A DNA stretch of 64,000 bases from an uncultured Candidatus Peribacteria bacterium (GTDB lineage: Bacteria; Patescibacteriota; Gracilibacteria; Absconditabacterales; Absconditicoccaceae). This document shows positions 20,894-33,377 of this stretch, piece after piece (the stretch's first letter is position 1; every line of letters starts with the position of its first letter). The translations under genes and the position numbers were made by a program. A model generated the notes under the pieces. It saw nothing but the letters and a program-made list of their open reading frames with translations. It ran no database searches and was not told where the DNA came from. The stretch lies in contig CAZLLU010000001.1 of NCBI GenBank assembly GCA_964560855.1, forward strand, positions 17,051 through 81,050, written 5' to 3'.

Positions 20894-22255
20894 ATGTGCG
20901 TTATGGTAGAGTATATCCAAGAACATTCAGATATATGAATCAAACCATTGCTTGAAGAAAGTAAACAGAATTTGTCTGATTTAAAAAAAGATATATATGA
21001 TGAAAATTTAGAAACATCAGAAAAATTTCCCCCAAACCTCAAAAAGCTCTATGAGAGATTCCTGACTATCAAAAGTCCAAAAGATATAGATACATTTGTT
21101 ATGGATAGGAAAGAATTCCGATATTTTTCCACGCTATTCCAAGAATACATCAAGACGAAGACGGGAAGAAAGGTACAAAAGCAATTGGAATTGGTATTTG
21201 GTGCAAAGGGTGCGATGGATATCCATGAAAAAAAAATTGATGGATTGAAACTGGTAGTGCTTTCTCTCTGAGGAAAGGAATTGTTTGCGATAAATAATAC
21301 AATCGAATCGGATATGTATTATACATGGAGATACGAAAAATGATCGATAGTGGTAGATTGTACTTCAGACCATTACTATATAAGAGATGTCAGTGGCAAC
21401 AAACTCCAATGACGATATAGCATAATGCCGGACGGTAATTTGGCACTCATCGATCAGAACGGGAAATATCTTCCTGAGACAAAATATTTTTGGGACCTTT
21501 CATTCTCCAAATTATCAGATACGGATTTTACTATGAATTTTTCTAAAACTCCGAATAAAATGTTAGAAGATATATATAAGCAGAAAAAGGCATATATATC
21601 AAATCTTCCGGAAATCAAAACCATGGTAGATGAAGGATATCTGTTTGAGTGGAATGATTATACCAAGACCGTAGAGATCAGGAGGAGTAGTATGGCATCA
21701 AAAGCTTCCGACGATATCATGAAATATGCTACAGATGAAGATTTTTTGGCATGGATCAGAGAACTGAAATTTAAGGATTTCTACAATATCTATTTCAATG
21801 ATAGTGCTAGCTACAAAAAAAATAATAGATATGAGATCATCAAAGAAGGGGCAACAGGATTCTTTTTGCTTGACAAAGAAAATGGGAAAGAATCTCTTTC
21901 ATCGACGCCATTTTCTATTTTGGATGAGAGCGGTCGTTTGATCGATGACCAAAGAATCGATATATTTATAGAAAAATATGAAGCAGAGCAGGTGTATCTC
22001 AAATTTATTGCAGAGAACAACAAGGAATATATACTAGATGCTCAAGGAAATCATATGGAGCATACATACTATTTATGATATGCCTTTCCGTACAGAGGAC
22101 ATACAATTCAAATAGAACGCAATTTATCCACTAAACGAAAATACGCGCTTGTAGTCCGTGACGGACAATGAACCTACACGGGTACGGTATATCTTGATAA
22201 AAAGATGAAATCTAAGGATATAGAAAGAGAGATAGACGCACTCATTAACAAATAA
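20894..22255 (+). CDS. Hypothetical protein, 453 aa
   Basis: ORFs 20948-21271 and 21425-22078 share frame 2. ATG at 20894. The frame extends through TGAs to a TAA at 22253-22255 and is followed by a terminator. No motif recognised. Confidence 0.6.
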
Positions 22256-22282
22256 AAAAACGGCCATAGTAGCCGTTTTTTG
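22256..22282 (+). terminator. Rho-independent terminator
   Basis: AAAAAACGGCCATAGTAGCCGTTTTTT. Confidence 0.75.
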
Positions 22283-22303
22283 TTATTTTTCATAAATATA
22301 TAT

Positions 22304-22930
22304 CTATTGTATATCTCCGCTTCCTTGAATGTTGACTTCCTTGATTTGGATGTTTGCCTTGAGAAAAAGGTCTTGGAGCACGCTTTGGGCGTTGTTTTTG
22401 GCTTCTTTGAGAATGCCTCCGCTAAGCGCTTCCTGGATCATCATCTCTCCTGCTTTTTTTCTGAGGGTATTTTCCATAGCTATTTCGCTTTGGGTGACAA
22501 TGCCGAGCTTTGTAGTTTGGAGCTCTCCGGTAAGTTCCACTCAGAAGACTTCAGGCGCTCAGAGCGTAATGGTGACGGTTCCATCGCGGGATACTTGAAT
22601 GTCTCCGGTACTGATATTATTGATGAAATATCCTGCGCTCACTATTCATTCTACATCGAGAGAGAGTTTGGTGCTGAAGAGTGCGCTGCTGACGATTCGG
22701 TCTACGCCGATATCAGGGATAAGCGCTGTCAATTCTTGCTGACCTTCAATCGTCTTGGTAAATGTCTTGGAGACGGTTTCTAGTTTACCGATATTTTGGA
22801 GCTCTGTCATGATGGAAGTAGTGGTCTTTTTGATGACAGTAGCTCATTTATATTGCAACCATAGCCAAAAACCATATACACAAACAAGTGCCACAAAAAG
22901 CACGACAAAGTATTTCAAAAAACGTTTCAT
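22304..22930 (-). CDS. Membrane-anchored DUF4230-like protein (208 aa)
   Basis: N-terminal TM segment MKRFLKYFVVLFVALVCVYGFWLWL. Four in-frame TGA. TAG stop at 22304-22306. Confidence 0.5.
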
Positions 22931-23048
22931 GATAAATGATTAAACTATAAAAAACTTGGGAGCAGGTAATAAGGAAGCGGGGAAATCCTGTAATCTATGA
23001 TTTGCGACCTATGACCTGTGACAGTTTACTTTGTATACGTAATCTAGA

Positions 23049-23531
23049 ATGAAAAACAAACGGAATTTTCTCAAAAAGATTCCCCGATCTCGGATGACGA
23101 TTTGATTGCTTCTGATTATGGTCGGAATACGGGTCGTGTTCCAACAGAATAACGACGAGGATTTTATACCGAGAGTATGTGGAGGTGATCAATGCTTTAT
23201 GGTAGAACTCGCACGCACGCCTGCAGAACGTCAAAAATGATTGATGTATCGTGAATCGATGGAAGAAAATAGCGGTATGCTTTTCGTGTTTGAAACATCA
23301 GATATCTATGGGTTTTGGATGAAAAACACGCTGATTCCCTTGGATATGCTCCGGATCGACGAACAACTCAATATTGTAAAAGTATTGACGGCCGAACCAT
23401 GCAAGACAGATCCTTGTTCTACCTATAATCCATGAGCCACAGCCAAATATGTCTTGGAGATCAATGCATGAATGGCAGCAAAATACGGAATTACTGAATG
23501 AATGAAAATGAGACTGGTAAATATACAATAA
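23049..23531 (+). CDS. DUF192 (COG1430) family protein
   Basis: VELARTPAERQK-G-LMYRESMEENSGMLFVF...FWMKNTLIPLDMLRID, with an N-terminal TM segment. TAA stop at 23529-23531. Confidence 0.7.
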
Positions 23532-23575
23532 AAAGTAAACAGGGACAAGAAATAAGGAACAAGGACCATGTCCCT

Positions 23576-24028
23576 ATGTACATATCCCATGTCACTATAA
23601 TTTTATATAGTAATACAGCAATTTTGTTACCAAAGAAACAAAGACTAACAGGTAAAGATGTTATTTTTATGACTAGGAAAAGGCAATATCTCAGCCAGGG
23701 ATTGTTCTGATTTTTTTATATCAAACAGTATCCTGGTATCAAATACAATCAGTTTTCCTGTCATATCACTATTAAATTATCCAAAAGGTCCGTCGTCAGA
23801 CATGTGTTCAAGAGAGCAATTATCCAACGTATTCAACAGCATAACTTGGTGAAATATCCGATAAATGATATGTTCTATAAAATTTTCATAGTTCTCTCCA
23901 AGGATCGCATTCCGGAGATAGAGAAAAAAATTGCAAATTTTGAAAAAAAGGATACAATTATGTATATCCAAGAAGAATTCGAAAAGGCACGAAAGTGATT
24001 GACAAATAGGTTATATGGAAAGAAATAG
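23576..24028 (+). CDS. rnpA: Ribonuclease P protein component
   Basis: LPKKQRLTGKDVIF...RSVVRHVFKRAIIQRI. ORFs 23498-23710 and 23804-23998 share a frame. The start is uncertain (ATG 23576 or TTG 23624). TAG stop at 24026-24028. Confidence 0.75.
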
Positions 24029-24169
24029 TTTGTCGTCTCAAATCGCTTCAGATTGCTTCAGGTTGTTTCAGATTGCCGTGCATTAGCTTTATTGTCGCAA
24101 TCTGTGACGATATGTGGCGTCCGCTTAGGCGGACTTGAAACAGTGTTTTTATATGATTAGGCTATACAT

Positions 24170-25432
24170 ATGAATATATTCAAGCGTTTTGTTGAGAAGA
24201 GCTCATCATTTTTCCAATCGCTCAAATCTGACAATAAGAGAGAACTTTTGGAATTGGAAAAATTAGAGAAAAAACTTGAGGAGCAAAAAGAACATGAAAA
24301 AAAAGCGCTTATTACGCCATTCGTATTCACCAATAGAATGTTCATCAAATTTCGAGCGCTCTGATTGCTAGTCGTATTTCTATGATTATTAGTTTATCAG
24401 TCATTGAATATCATCTATCTGATTTTTATGGCATATATCATTTCTCTTGCTATAGAAGCAGTGATCGATTTTTTCCAAAAAAAGATAAAGCATAGGCCAA
24501 TATCCATTATTATAGCATATATATTGCTGCTGCTTGTCTTCCTATGAGCTATGGTCTTTATTATCCCGTTCATTCTTGGTCAGATATCAGATATCATTAC
24601 GATCTTTATTGGTAATATCTCAAATTTTCAGGAGCTACTGACAACCAAATCTTTGACAGGTATCATCGAGGACATCAATTGGCTACCATGAAGCATCAAA
24701 ACAGGAATATTGAATTCCTTGGGAGATCCTACCGTAGTCGCAGGAGTGCAAAATCAATTGGAACAGAATATCGCTCAAATGGTAAGTGTAGGAACATCAT
24801 ATGCAAAAAACATAGGGAATATGGCAGTGAGCGCGGTATGATCTATCGCTACGTTCTTTACTCAGACATCTATAGTGCTTACGTTGTCTGTGCTCTTTTC
24901 TTTCCAAAAAGATGCAGTCATGAAATTTATTGCTAGGCTTGGTGGTAAGAAAAAATATAAATTAGTCTACACGAAGATAGAGAAGATCTATAAACAGCTT
25001 GGGGTTCGATTGAAATCTCAGATCATGCTCTGCCTATTTATGGGCGTAGCAATGTATGCTATCCTATGGATACTTACATTGTTTGGATTGGATCTTCCCC
25101 AAAAATGAGTGCTTGCGGGTATTATAGCGATTACGGAAATGATACCATATATAGGGCCATTCGTGTGATGAGCGGCTGCAGCATTAGTTGCTTTCATTAA
25201 TTTTTGACGATACGGAGCATTGATTGTGATTGGATGTGTTATGTTGTTGCAACGATTGGAAAACAACGTACTCATACCATTATTGATGAATAAGACCTTG
25301 GGAGTCAATCCTATCGTGATTTTCATAAGTATGATTATCTGAGGGCTGATCTTGGGGTTCTTTGGTATCTTGCTTGCTGTCCCTATCGCCGTCATTGTAA
25401 CGCTCCTGATGGAAAAAACATTTGAAGAATAG
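24170..25432 (+). CDS. AI-2E family transporter (PerM/UPF0118)
   Basis: Polytopic membrane protein. ITEMIPYIGPFV-GG-AAAALVAF and LENNVLIPLLMNKTLGVNPIVIF. Many in-frame TGA. TAG stop at 25430-25432. Confidence 0.8.
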
Positions 25433-25620
25433 AATGTCCGAAGGACGTAATTTGCCTTCGGCGTAATTCGCTGCGCGTATATTTGTTCCCGTTGGTCGGG
25501 AAATGTATTCGCATATATCGACAAGTTTTTTTGTATATGTCTGGAAAATGCGGAAATAATAAATATACATCCGTTAGGATAAATTACCATACATTACGCC
25601 CGCAGGGCTAATTACATTTA
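25433..25620. repeat. REP-like cluster, hairpins punctuated by GTAATT
   Basis: GTCCGAAGGAC GTAATT TGCCTTCGGC GTAATT CGCTGCGC GTATAT ... TCCCGTTGGTCGGGA ... GCCCGCAGGGC. Confidence 0.6.
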
Positions 25621-25636
25621 TTCCATAAATATTTTC

Positions 25637-27016
25637 ATGAAAAAAAAATTTCTACGACGGTATTATAAATTGCTCGGAAAATTGGCCCATGGATATATAG
25701 AGAAACACAATCCTCAGATTATCGGAATCAATGGAAGTGTAGGGAAGACCTCCTGTCGTATGATCATCTATCAGACGTTGCAGAGATTTTTGTCGAACAA
25801 GCGTATCTATACATCGCCCAAAAATTTCAATGGCGAACTCGGGATGTCGCTCTCTATTTTCCAGGTAGAGAAACGGGAACCGAATATCCTATATTTCATC
25901 ACAACTCTTTTCAAACTTATCCGAAAAAGATTTTTCTGACCGAAACCTTATGATATCCTGCTTTTGGAATATGGCATCGATCGTCCCGGGGAGATGGACT
26001 TTCTTGTAAGTATAGCTAAGCCACATATCGGTGTATTTACCGCAATTGACTCCGTACATTCAGAACAGTTCGGCAATCCAGCAGAGATAGCCAAGGAAGA
26101 AGTGAAAATGCTCAAGAACACACTGGAAATCTGATTTTTGAATGCAAATGATCCTTATGCAATACAGCTCAAAGATCACCTTTTCATAGATTATCTGACG
26201 TATCAGACGGAAGGCAACGATATTACAGCCGACATTTATTTTAAGGATGAACTCTTCTATCTCGCTGATTTCAAAGGGGGAATCTGAGTACAATTTTCTA
26301 CCCGAATCAAAGAAAAAAAATACGCTGTGAGTACAAATGTACTGAGTAAGGCAAATTATGGTTATATCAGTGTGGCTTTGGCAATTGCTGGAATATTGGA
26401 TTATAAATATGCTAAGCTCGAAGCGAGAGCAGAGGATCCAATTTTAAGAAATGGATCACGTGAGCTTTTGGAAATGAAGTATCAATTGCAGCCAGGAAGA
26501 CTTTCTATCTTTAAAGGTGTCGAAAATAGCGTCATTATAGATTCTACGTACAACGCTTCTCCATTGAGCGTGAAGAAGATCATAAATACTGCACATAATA
26601 TTAAGGCACAATTATTCCCTCAGAGGAAAATTATCCTTGTACTATGAGACATGAGAGAATTGGGCGATCTTACAGAACGCGAACATAGGATGATTGCAGG
26701 GTATGTGTCTCAGGTGGCTGACAAAGTCATTCTCGTAGGGCAGTATATGACCGACTATTTAGCGGATGAATTAGAGAAGGTAGGATTCAATCCTAAGCTG
26801 ATAGAGAAATTCTATGACGCGAATGTCGCAGGTAAACATATCCAGAAACTCCTGAAAGAACCGGGTGACGAATATCTCGTTGTCTGCAAGTGAAGCCAGA
26901 ATACCATCTTCCTCGAGGAAGCGGTAAAGCAATTTCTTCAGAATCCCGAAGACCAAAAAGACCTGACCAGACAGTCAGATCGATGGTTATCTACGAAGAA
27001 GAAATATTTCAAATAA
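25637..27016 (+). CDS. murF: UDP-N-acetylmuramoyl-tripeptide--D-alanyl-D-alanine ligase
   Basis: GINGSVGKTS P-loop, LLLEYGIDRPGEMDFL, IIDSTYNASPLS, VL-G-DMRELG. Pieces 25637-25939, 26327-26647 and 26651-26893 share a frame. TAA stop at 27014-27016. Confidence 0.9.
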
Positions 27017-27020
27017 TTTG

Positions 27021-27105
27021 GAATTTACAATTTGAAATTTTTAATTTAAAAACTCGATACCTCAAAGAGGTTTTAAAATTGTAAATTTAAAATTCAAAAT
27101 TTAGT
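27021..27105. terminator. Convergent terminator: long AT-rich inverted word arms around hairpin ACCTCAAAGAGGT
   Basis: AATTTACAATTTGAAATTTTTAATTTAAAA .. ACCTC-AAA-GAGGT (27059-27071) .. TTTTAAAATTGTAAATTTAAAATTCAAAATTT. Lies between murF (+) and the 7TM gene (-). Confidence 0.6.
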
Positions 27106-27110
27106 TTGGT

Positions 27111-28406
27111 TTATTCCTCTTCCTCCTCAGCCCCTGAGGAGTTTTTTAATAATGGCATGAAGCGGAAATATTCGAGCAATTGGAGCCCGGTGAATCTTCC
27201 TACGAGGATATTCAGTAAAAAAATCAGAATGATAAATTCAGGGAAAGCCAAGAGCAGATGTTTTAATCCTGTTCGATAGAGAAGTCCGTAGACAGAGAAG
27301 GAGACGAGCAAAAATTCTATAAAAGCAACCCATCGACCTTTACTGAAGAGCTTGAATCCTTCATTGAAGACTTTATCGCTCACGAGGGTGATGAATAGTA
27401 TCGGGAATATGATATAACTGTTGGTGAAGATGCTGATATCTATCCGATTTAGTTTGAGTATGCTGTTGAACCCAAAGACCAGGAGTAAGATGAAAAAATA
27501 GAGGATGATGAGTAGTGCACTTTTTGCGTTGTGTAGGAGATACATTTTTTTGGTAAACAAACGTATCAATAATTTTGTAATGAATCAGACAATCAGAAGT
27601 CATAGGCTCAATGGGACTCCGAGGATTGACATCGAGACAGCAAAAAGCAGGGGACTATAGATACCAAATACGGAGAATCCTACAAGTTGTCTGAACATAC
27701 TTATTATCAGCGCACCTAGTGAAAGGACAAGAAACATCGCAATCAGTTCGACAGGGAATCCATGCGCGATGAGACGATCTACGATATATGATATAGGCAG
27801 ATATTTTGGTGTCTCTTGGAATGAGAGGGAAAATGGGGTGATGTATTCTTCATTATTCGTGATTTTTCCCATCGAAAGTGAAGAAAGGAAGTTCAGAAAC
27901 TTATCTTGGGAAAGCGTATATACCTTACTGATCGCTAATGGTTGTACATATTTTGCTAACGTCCTTTTGAGGAAAAATTTGTTGCTGTTGGTGATAAGAT
28001 AGATGGTTTTGTCTTGGAGATTGAGATTGTTCGTGTCTTGTATCTTATCAAATAATTGTAGAAGGACGTCGAATTTCGATGTATTGATGATCAATGTATT
28101 GGTCTCTTGAATTTCATTAATATTGCTCATGATCTTGTTAGTGATCTCATCTTCGGAAAAGTTTTTTTCAGAAATGAAAATCTCCTGGAGTAGCATTCTC
28201 TTTTTATCCAAGTTCTGCTGGAAACCGAGATCGAATGCGTCTCATTGCTCTCCTATATAGATGATCGTGTTTGTGTATCTAATTCATTTTGTCGGAGCAG
28301 CACAATGCGTTTGTCCCTCGCAATCGACCGGCGTGAATTGAGCAGAAACAATAGCAGTAGCGCCAAGAAGTAGGATGAAAGTTATGATAGAGAGAAATTT
28401 TTTCAT
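27111..28406 (-). CDS. Membrane protein: signal peptide, ~200-aa extracytoplasmic domain, polytopic 7TM_transglut-like C-terminal domain; ends SSGAEEEEE
   Basis: ORFs 27600-28211 and 27111-27569 are joined by the TGA at 27600-27602. ATG at 28404-28406. MKKFLSIITFILLLGATAIVSA signal peptide. VGFSVFGIYSPLLFA and GRFTGLQLLEYFRF. TAA stop at 27111-27113. Confidence 0.7.
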
Positions 28407-28468
28407 GAAAAAAAACAGATGATAAATCGCCTGTAGTTAAGTGATTTGAAGAGGGGAATCAAGAGGAT

Positions 28469-30337
28469 TTATTTTTTCTGTTTATTGAGGATCCTTACTG
28501 CTCATAGATTTTTTATGTCTTTTTTCTTAATAGTGATGATCTCTCATCCAGTATATTTTCCGTTGTGTTGTAGTATTACTTTGAGTGTATCAAGATTTGA
28601 ATCAATCACTTTTGCTTTCTGTATTCCATGAGCTGTAGGTATGGATACGATATTCCCTTTTTTCAATAAGTCTCTTGATTTGAGCTTATTCCATTCTCAT
28701 TCTTGGACATATTTTCCTCTATACTTTTTGTAATGGACTATATCAAAAAGACTCACCAAAGCCGCTTTTTCTTCGTTGATATATTCTTGCGTTCCTCTGA
28801 ATCTAAAATCTCATTTTAACAAGTTTTTTTCCTTGTTTGTTATTCCATCCTCATTGATTTTTTCACTGAATGCTCATGCTCATTCCTTAAGTTTTATATG
28901 AAATACTTTATCTACAAGTTTGTTCTGATTGATTCTGCTGGTATCAGTGCCAAGTTTTTGGAAAAGGCTATCTAAGGTAAAAATATCTTCAAAGGAAACT
29001 TTCGCAGACATAGCTTTTCTATAAAAAGCCGCCCTTTCTTCATCATTCGGTAAGGATTTCAAATATTCTACAAGTTTTTTCTCTCCTCTGAAATAGATGA
29101 CATCTTTTCTATTTGATCATTTTTCATCTCGAGGATAATAACATTTCACTCTTTGGGTGAGATTGAATGCTGTTTTGAAAAGTGAAGCTTCTTTTTCTTT
29201 TGTTATTTCTCATGTGACGTTCAATTTTTTCCATGCTTTGAGAAGATGATAAGTGTCTTCAAAATTATAATTTTCACCCATGAAAACCGCTATGAATGTG
29301 TTGCTAGGAATGAGCGGATATTCATCCAATGAATATTTCAATAATCATTCGTTGAGCTTGGTTATCCCTTCTTCTATATCTTCATATCATGGTCAAGCTA
29401 TGATCATTCCATTTTTTTCTTGGTTGTCTGATCTGACCATATGTCCACCATCTTCATGGCCAATAGTTGTGAATATTTTGTTGAAAAGATCTTCGTCTTT
29501 GTCTGGATATTCACGGATTTTACTAGAAAAAGGAGTAGAATATCATGTCTTTCATTTTTCTTGTTTCTGAGGTCGTTGGCTGATAACTGGATAAAAATGC
29601 TGTTTGATATGTTCAGTCCCTTTCATGATATCTGACATGGGAAGATTTCCTCTTGCAGGAAGTTTTTTCTTATCTTGAGCGACTTTATTAGTGATGCTTT
29701 CTTTGAAGGTGTCGAGGAAAGAGGAAAATAATCTATTCTCTGTTTCGGTCAGTTTGTCTTTGTTTTTTTTGTATGATGCATTGCACATGGATAGGATAAT
29801 TTCTTTCTCATCAGGGCAATCGCTTATTTTCGGACCATACACTGCTGTTTGGAGCGTATCAATCTCTTTGAGATATAATTGTTTATTGTTTTCATATTCG
29901 GTTCATAATCATATTTTATGCAGCTTTTCTGGATTTTTTTTGAGTTCAAACGTGGATCAGGAAAAAATGATGTCATATCCGGACTTTTCTGCTTCAAACC
30001 ATGCAGATCTTTTGGCAATTTCCGCTTTTTTACTACTTTCATCAATCCTTTTGATAAGGAAATGTTTGAGATCACTATCTAAGTCGTTATCATTTTCTAT
30101 ATTGTAGCGTAAATCATGAATATCTTGCAGGACTGATTCGATAAGAGAAATCCTTTCTGCTATATCATATGAAGAGAGAGATTCTTTGTTCGGAAAAAAT
30201 TTACTGGAGAGATAATTCATATATCAATCCAATCATTCAGATTTTTGCTTGATATAGCTCAAACTCCCTCATAACATCCCAGTGAGCTTTTCGCTGGATT
30301 GGTGTACAAGTTCAGCATAATTGCGATACTTTTCCAT
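28469..30337 (-). CDS. DUF1704/MATCAP-like predicted metallopeptidase, 622 aa (HExxxH)
   Basis: ORFs 29957-30220, 29552-29842 and 28880-29062 share a frame, and every gap codon was read. IGHEDGGHMVRS ... GITKLNE-G-LLKYSLDE. An extra C-terminal region of about 100 aa follows. TAA stop at 28469-28471. The start at ATG 30335-30337 is tentative. Confidence 0.6.
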
Positions 30338-30369
30338 ACAGAGAGATATACAGTAAAATCTACTGCATA

Positions 30370-30933
30370 TTATATCTTTTTCTTTGTGATTTGTCAAAAA
30401 TCTTCTTTTAGTAATCAATAGAGAAATGCATCATAATATGCATCTTGTTTCTTTGAAAAATATAAGTGCCTAGCTAGTCATTCACGGACAAATCAGAGCC
30501 TTTCTGCTAATGCAATCGATGATGTGTTGTCTGTCCTTATTCGTGCTTGTATTCTTTGGATACCTGTGTCGTGGAATAGATAAGATAATATAGCATGTAA
30601 CGCTTCAGTCATTAGTCATTTTCATTCATATGTTTTTCCTAATCGATATCATACATTTGCCTTTCAATGCTTTTTGCTGATTTTTTTTAATACGACAGAT
30701 CAGATGACTTCTTCTGTCTCTGATAGGGCAAGCATCCATCTTATCATTTTACCCTTGCGTTCTTTTGATTCGCATGATAAGGTATATGCTTCTATTTCCT
30801 TTGGATCGCTTGGTAAATTGATAAATGTCTTTATCTTTTTTTCTTTTAGAAGGGCACTTAGCGTAGGAATATCATATTGTATCATAGGTCTGATAATCAA
30901 ACGATTAGTCGATAATGTTATCCCCATAAGCAT
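30370..30933 (-). CDS. GNAT-family N-acetyltransferase (RimJ/RimL-like)
   Basis: LSTNRLIIRPM...ANV-G-YRLGKTYE-G-K-G-LMTEA...IQARIRTDNTSSIALAERL-G-FVRE-G. TAA stop at 30370-30372. Confidence 0.75.
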
Positions 30934-30969
30934 AAAAGAAAGAATAAAAATAAATATTAAGCGATGGTA

Positions 30970-32070
30970 TTAAATATAAAGTATGATTTCAGCAAGACGC
31001 TGTATCGGATCTTTGGTCCTAAATGAGTGTATAATTTTCTCATATCCTATTTGGTAAAGCAATTCTTTGGGATAAAGATATCTGTGCTGAGAGAAGGGAA
31101 GGAATTTAAAAAATCTGTAATAAAGATTATTGATCTCCTGATCGTCTGTATATCACAATGTTGCACATATTTTTTTCACGAGAAGATGGTTTTTGTATGG
31201 AATGTTAGTGCCTTTATCGAGGAGCTCTTGATACATATAGCTATATTTTGGAAAATAGATGTGTTGTAATGATATGCTGTCCAAAGAGCATGCTTCTATG
31301 TTTTCAAAAAGATTGTAGGCAAAAAAATTAGCTGCTCATTCATTATACGTATGAAGAGTGAAATGTTCTTTCTGTATTGAAAAAATCTTTCTAACCATGA
31401 CATGCAAGAGGTGCGTGCACTCATGATAAAATGTTGTTTTTTTCTTTGAATTCATATACATAACTATCTTGTTGTTTTTGATTTCTACAAAAGAGCTATT
31501 TTTTTTCTGGTACATGACGGTGAATGTGTAGTTCTGTAATTCTTTTTGGAGCTTGTTTTTTTCTTTTCTATGTCAGGTCTTTACTAGGATATGGAAAATA
31601 AAGGAGAAAAACTTATTGAACATATCTTCAGGCGAAGTGAATGTTTGTGTATTGTATCACATATATGTATCCTTGTTCTTCATATATTTTGAAAGTGATG
31701 TCTTTTTGATGTCGCGATGATACTGTATTTTGTAGAGTGAATTGAAAATCGAGATAATCTTTTTGTTGGTAGCTTCATTGGAGGGGATCTTTTTTTTAAA
31801 GAGTTTCCCTTCAACCTCGTAATCATATGCCAGTATTAATAATTCTTTTATCAATGGTGAGTCGAAGAGATGATCGCTTGATGATGCAATGATACGTTTA
31901 GCCTCTGATTTGGAAAGCTGTTGCATCAACAGAAAAATATCTTTTGCTTTTTTGGGTGTGAGGTCGGTTTCTGTTTTTATCAGATTAAAATAATATCAAA
32001 AGAAAAAAAGATAATTTTTTAAAATCATATTGTCTTGGAGTGGATAATAGGTGTAATTCAATCCAATCAT
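30970..32070 (-). CDS. Predicted zinc metallopeptidase (HExxH; Peptidase_MA-like), 366 aa
   Basis: FYHECTHLLHV followed 26 aa later by YNE-G-AANFFAYNLFE. The start ATG overlaps the upstream stop (TAATG at 32068-32072). TAA stop at 30970-30972. Confidence 0.55.
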
Positions 32071-33377
32071 TACTCTGTCTTGATGATAGTAAAGTATTTA
32101 CCTTCAATAAATTCAAAATCTTTTTTGAATTGATGAATATCATTATTGGCCAATTCTATGGATCACACCTTGCCATATCAATCACGAGTCAATCATATTT
32201 GTGCTCATAGAATTTTAATTCATGGGTTCATCCTGTGAAAAGAGGGGAGCTGTTTGATGCTATCTATTATATCCTGATGGTATCCATTAAAGATTGATTT
32301 TTGCTTTGGGTATAAAGCAAACAGGGCTACATTCTTTTTGAGAGGGAATATGCTTTCTCTAAGGTCTTGAAATGGAAATCTCAAAAGATTGATATCGTAT
32401 CCTATCTGATACATATCTAGTCTGAATCATCATATTCTTCAATTTATCTCTATGGTTTTCATATCTCATTTTGTATTTATTTTGAATTCATGATGGACAA
32501 AGGTGTTCCTGATCTTTCATCCTAGAACAGTTTTTTTTACAAAATCATAAAGTTTGTTATGATCGACTTCTTCTTCTACCTCTTGGGATATTGTCCTTGA
32601 TATGTTGCAAAAATCGTCGATATTGTGATCTATTCATAATTTGACGAAAACGGGTTTTGATAAGGTAATATTTTGATCTTCATCAACATAATAATCCACG
32701 GTATACATTTTTCCATCAATAAACTCTTCGACTAAGATGGATTGGTCAGTTAGTTTTTTGTTTGCTAACATTATAAATGCATTGGTTGTAATGCTAAGCG
32801 CATTTTTATATTCTTCGAAATTGTGTATTTTGCACACTCAACTGCTTTGTACTCCTCCTGTGGGTTTTACGATACATGGAAATGGAGGGAGATCTTTTTC
32901 TGTGATCGTTTTGGCCTCTTCTATATCGAATTTTCTATATTGTACGATAGTCTCTGGATATTGTTTTCATATGATTTCTCTTTGTAGATATTTGTTCAAA
33001 AAGATGCCAGGATTATCAGTGACTTTTTGTCATAATATAGCCCTGATTTTGTTGGTAAAAAGTATTTCTTGTTCTTCAAACGTATTTATGAAAATCTTTC
33101 ATGATAATGATTGAAGATGTGATATAATCTCATTTCCATCGGTGAAGCCGATTATTTTGACGCCTATATCGTTTATCCCATCAATGATGTCTTGCGTAAG
33201 CTCTACTAAGGGGTCTTCTTCATAAAAATAGAGGATGGATACACCATTTGCTTGTAAATCATTGAAGCTCTTTTTGTAATAATCAAACTTATTGAGCTTA
33301 AAAAGACTTTTCTTTGAATAAAATCCTATGAGATGCATTGTTTTTTTGCTAATGAAGTAAAAAAATTCACTAATCAT
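32070..33377 (-). CDS. ATP-grasp ligase (L-amino-acid-ligase / CPSase-like subtype), 435 aa
   Basis: ORFs 33099-33377, 32634-32837 and 32220-32414 share a frame. PCIVKPT-GG-VQSS-G-VCKI, VEEFIDGKMYTVDYY, HHEFKINTK-G-D, IEIN-G-RI-GG-F. An alternative start exists at 33338. TAA stop at 32070-32072. Confidence 0.7.

Noticed and set aside
33326-33377. The 52-nt overlap between two ATP-grasp genes as evidence for a frameshifted single gene
   Set aside because: The two proteins each have a complete, different ATP-grasp core. An internal ATG at 33338 reduces the overlap to 13 nt. Overlapping starts fit the tight coupling seen elsewhere in the operon.
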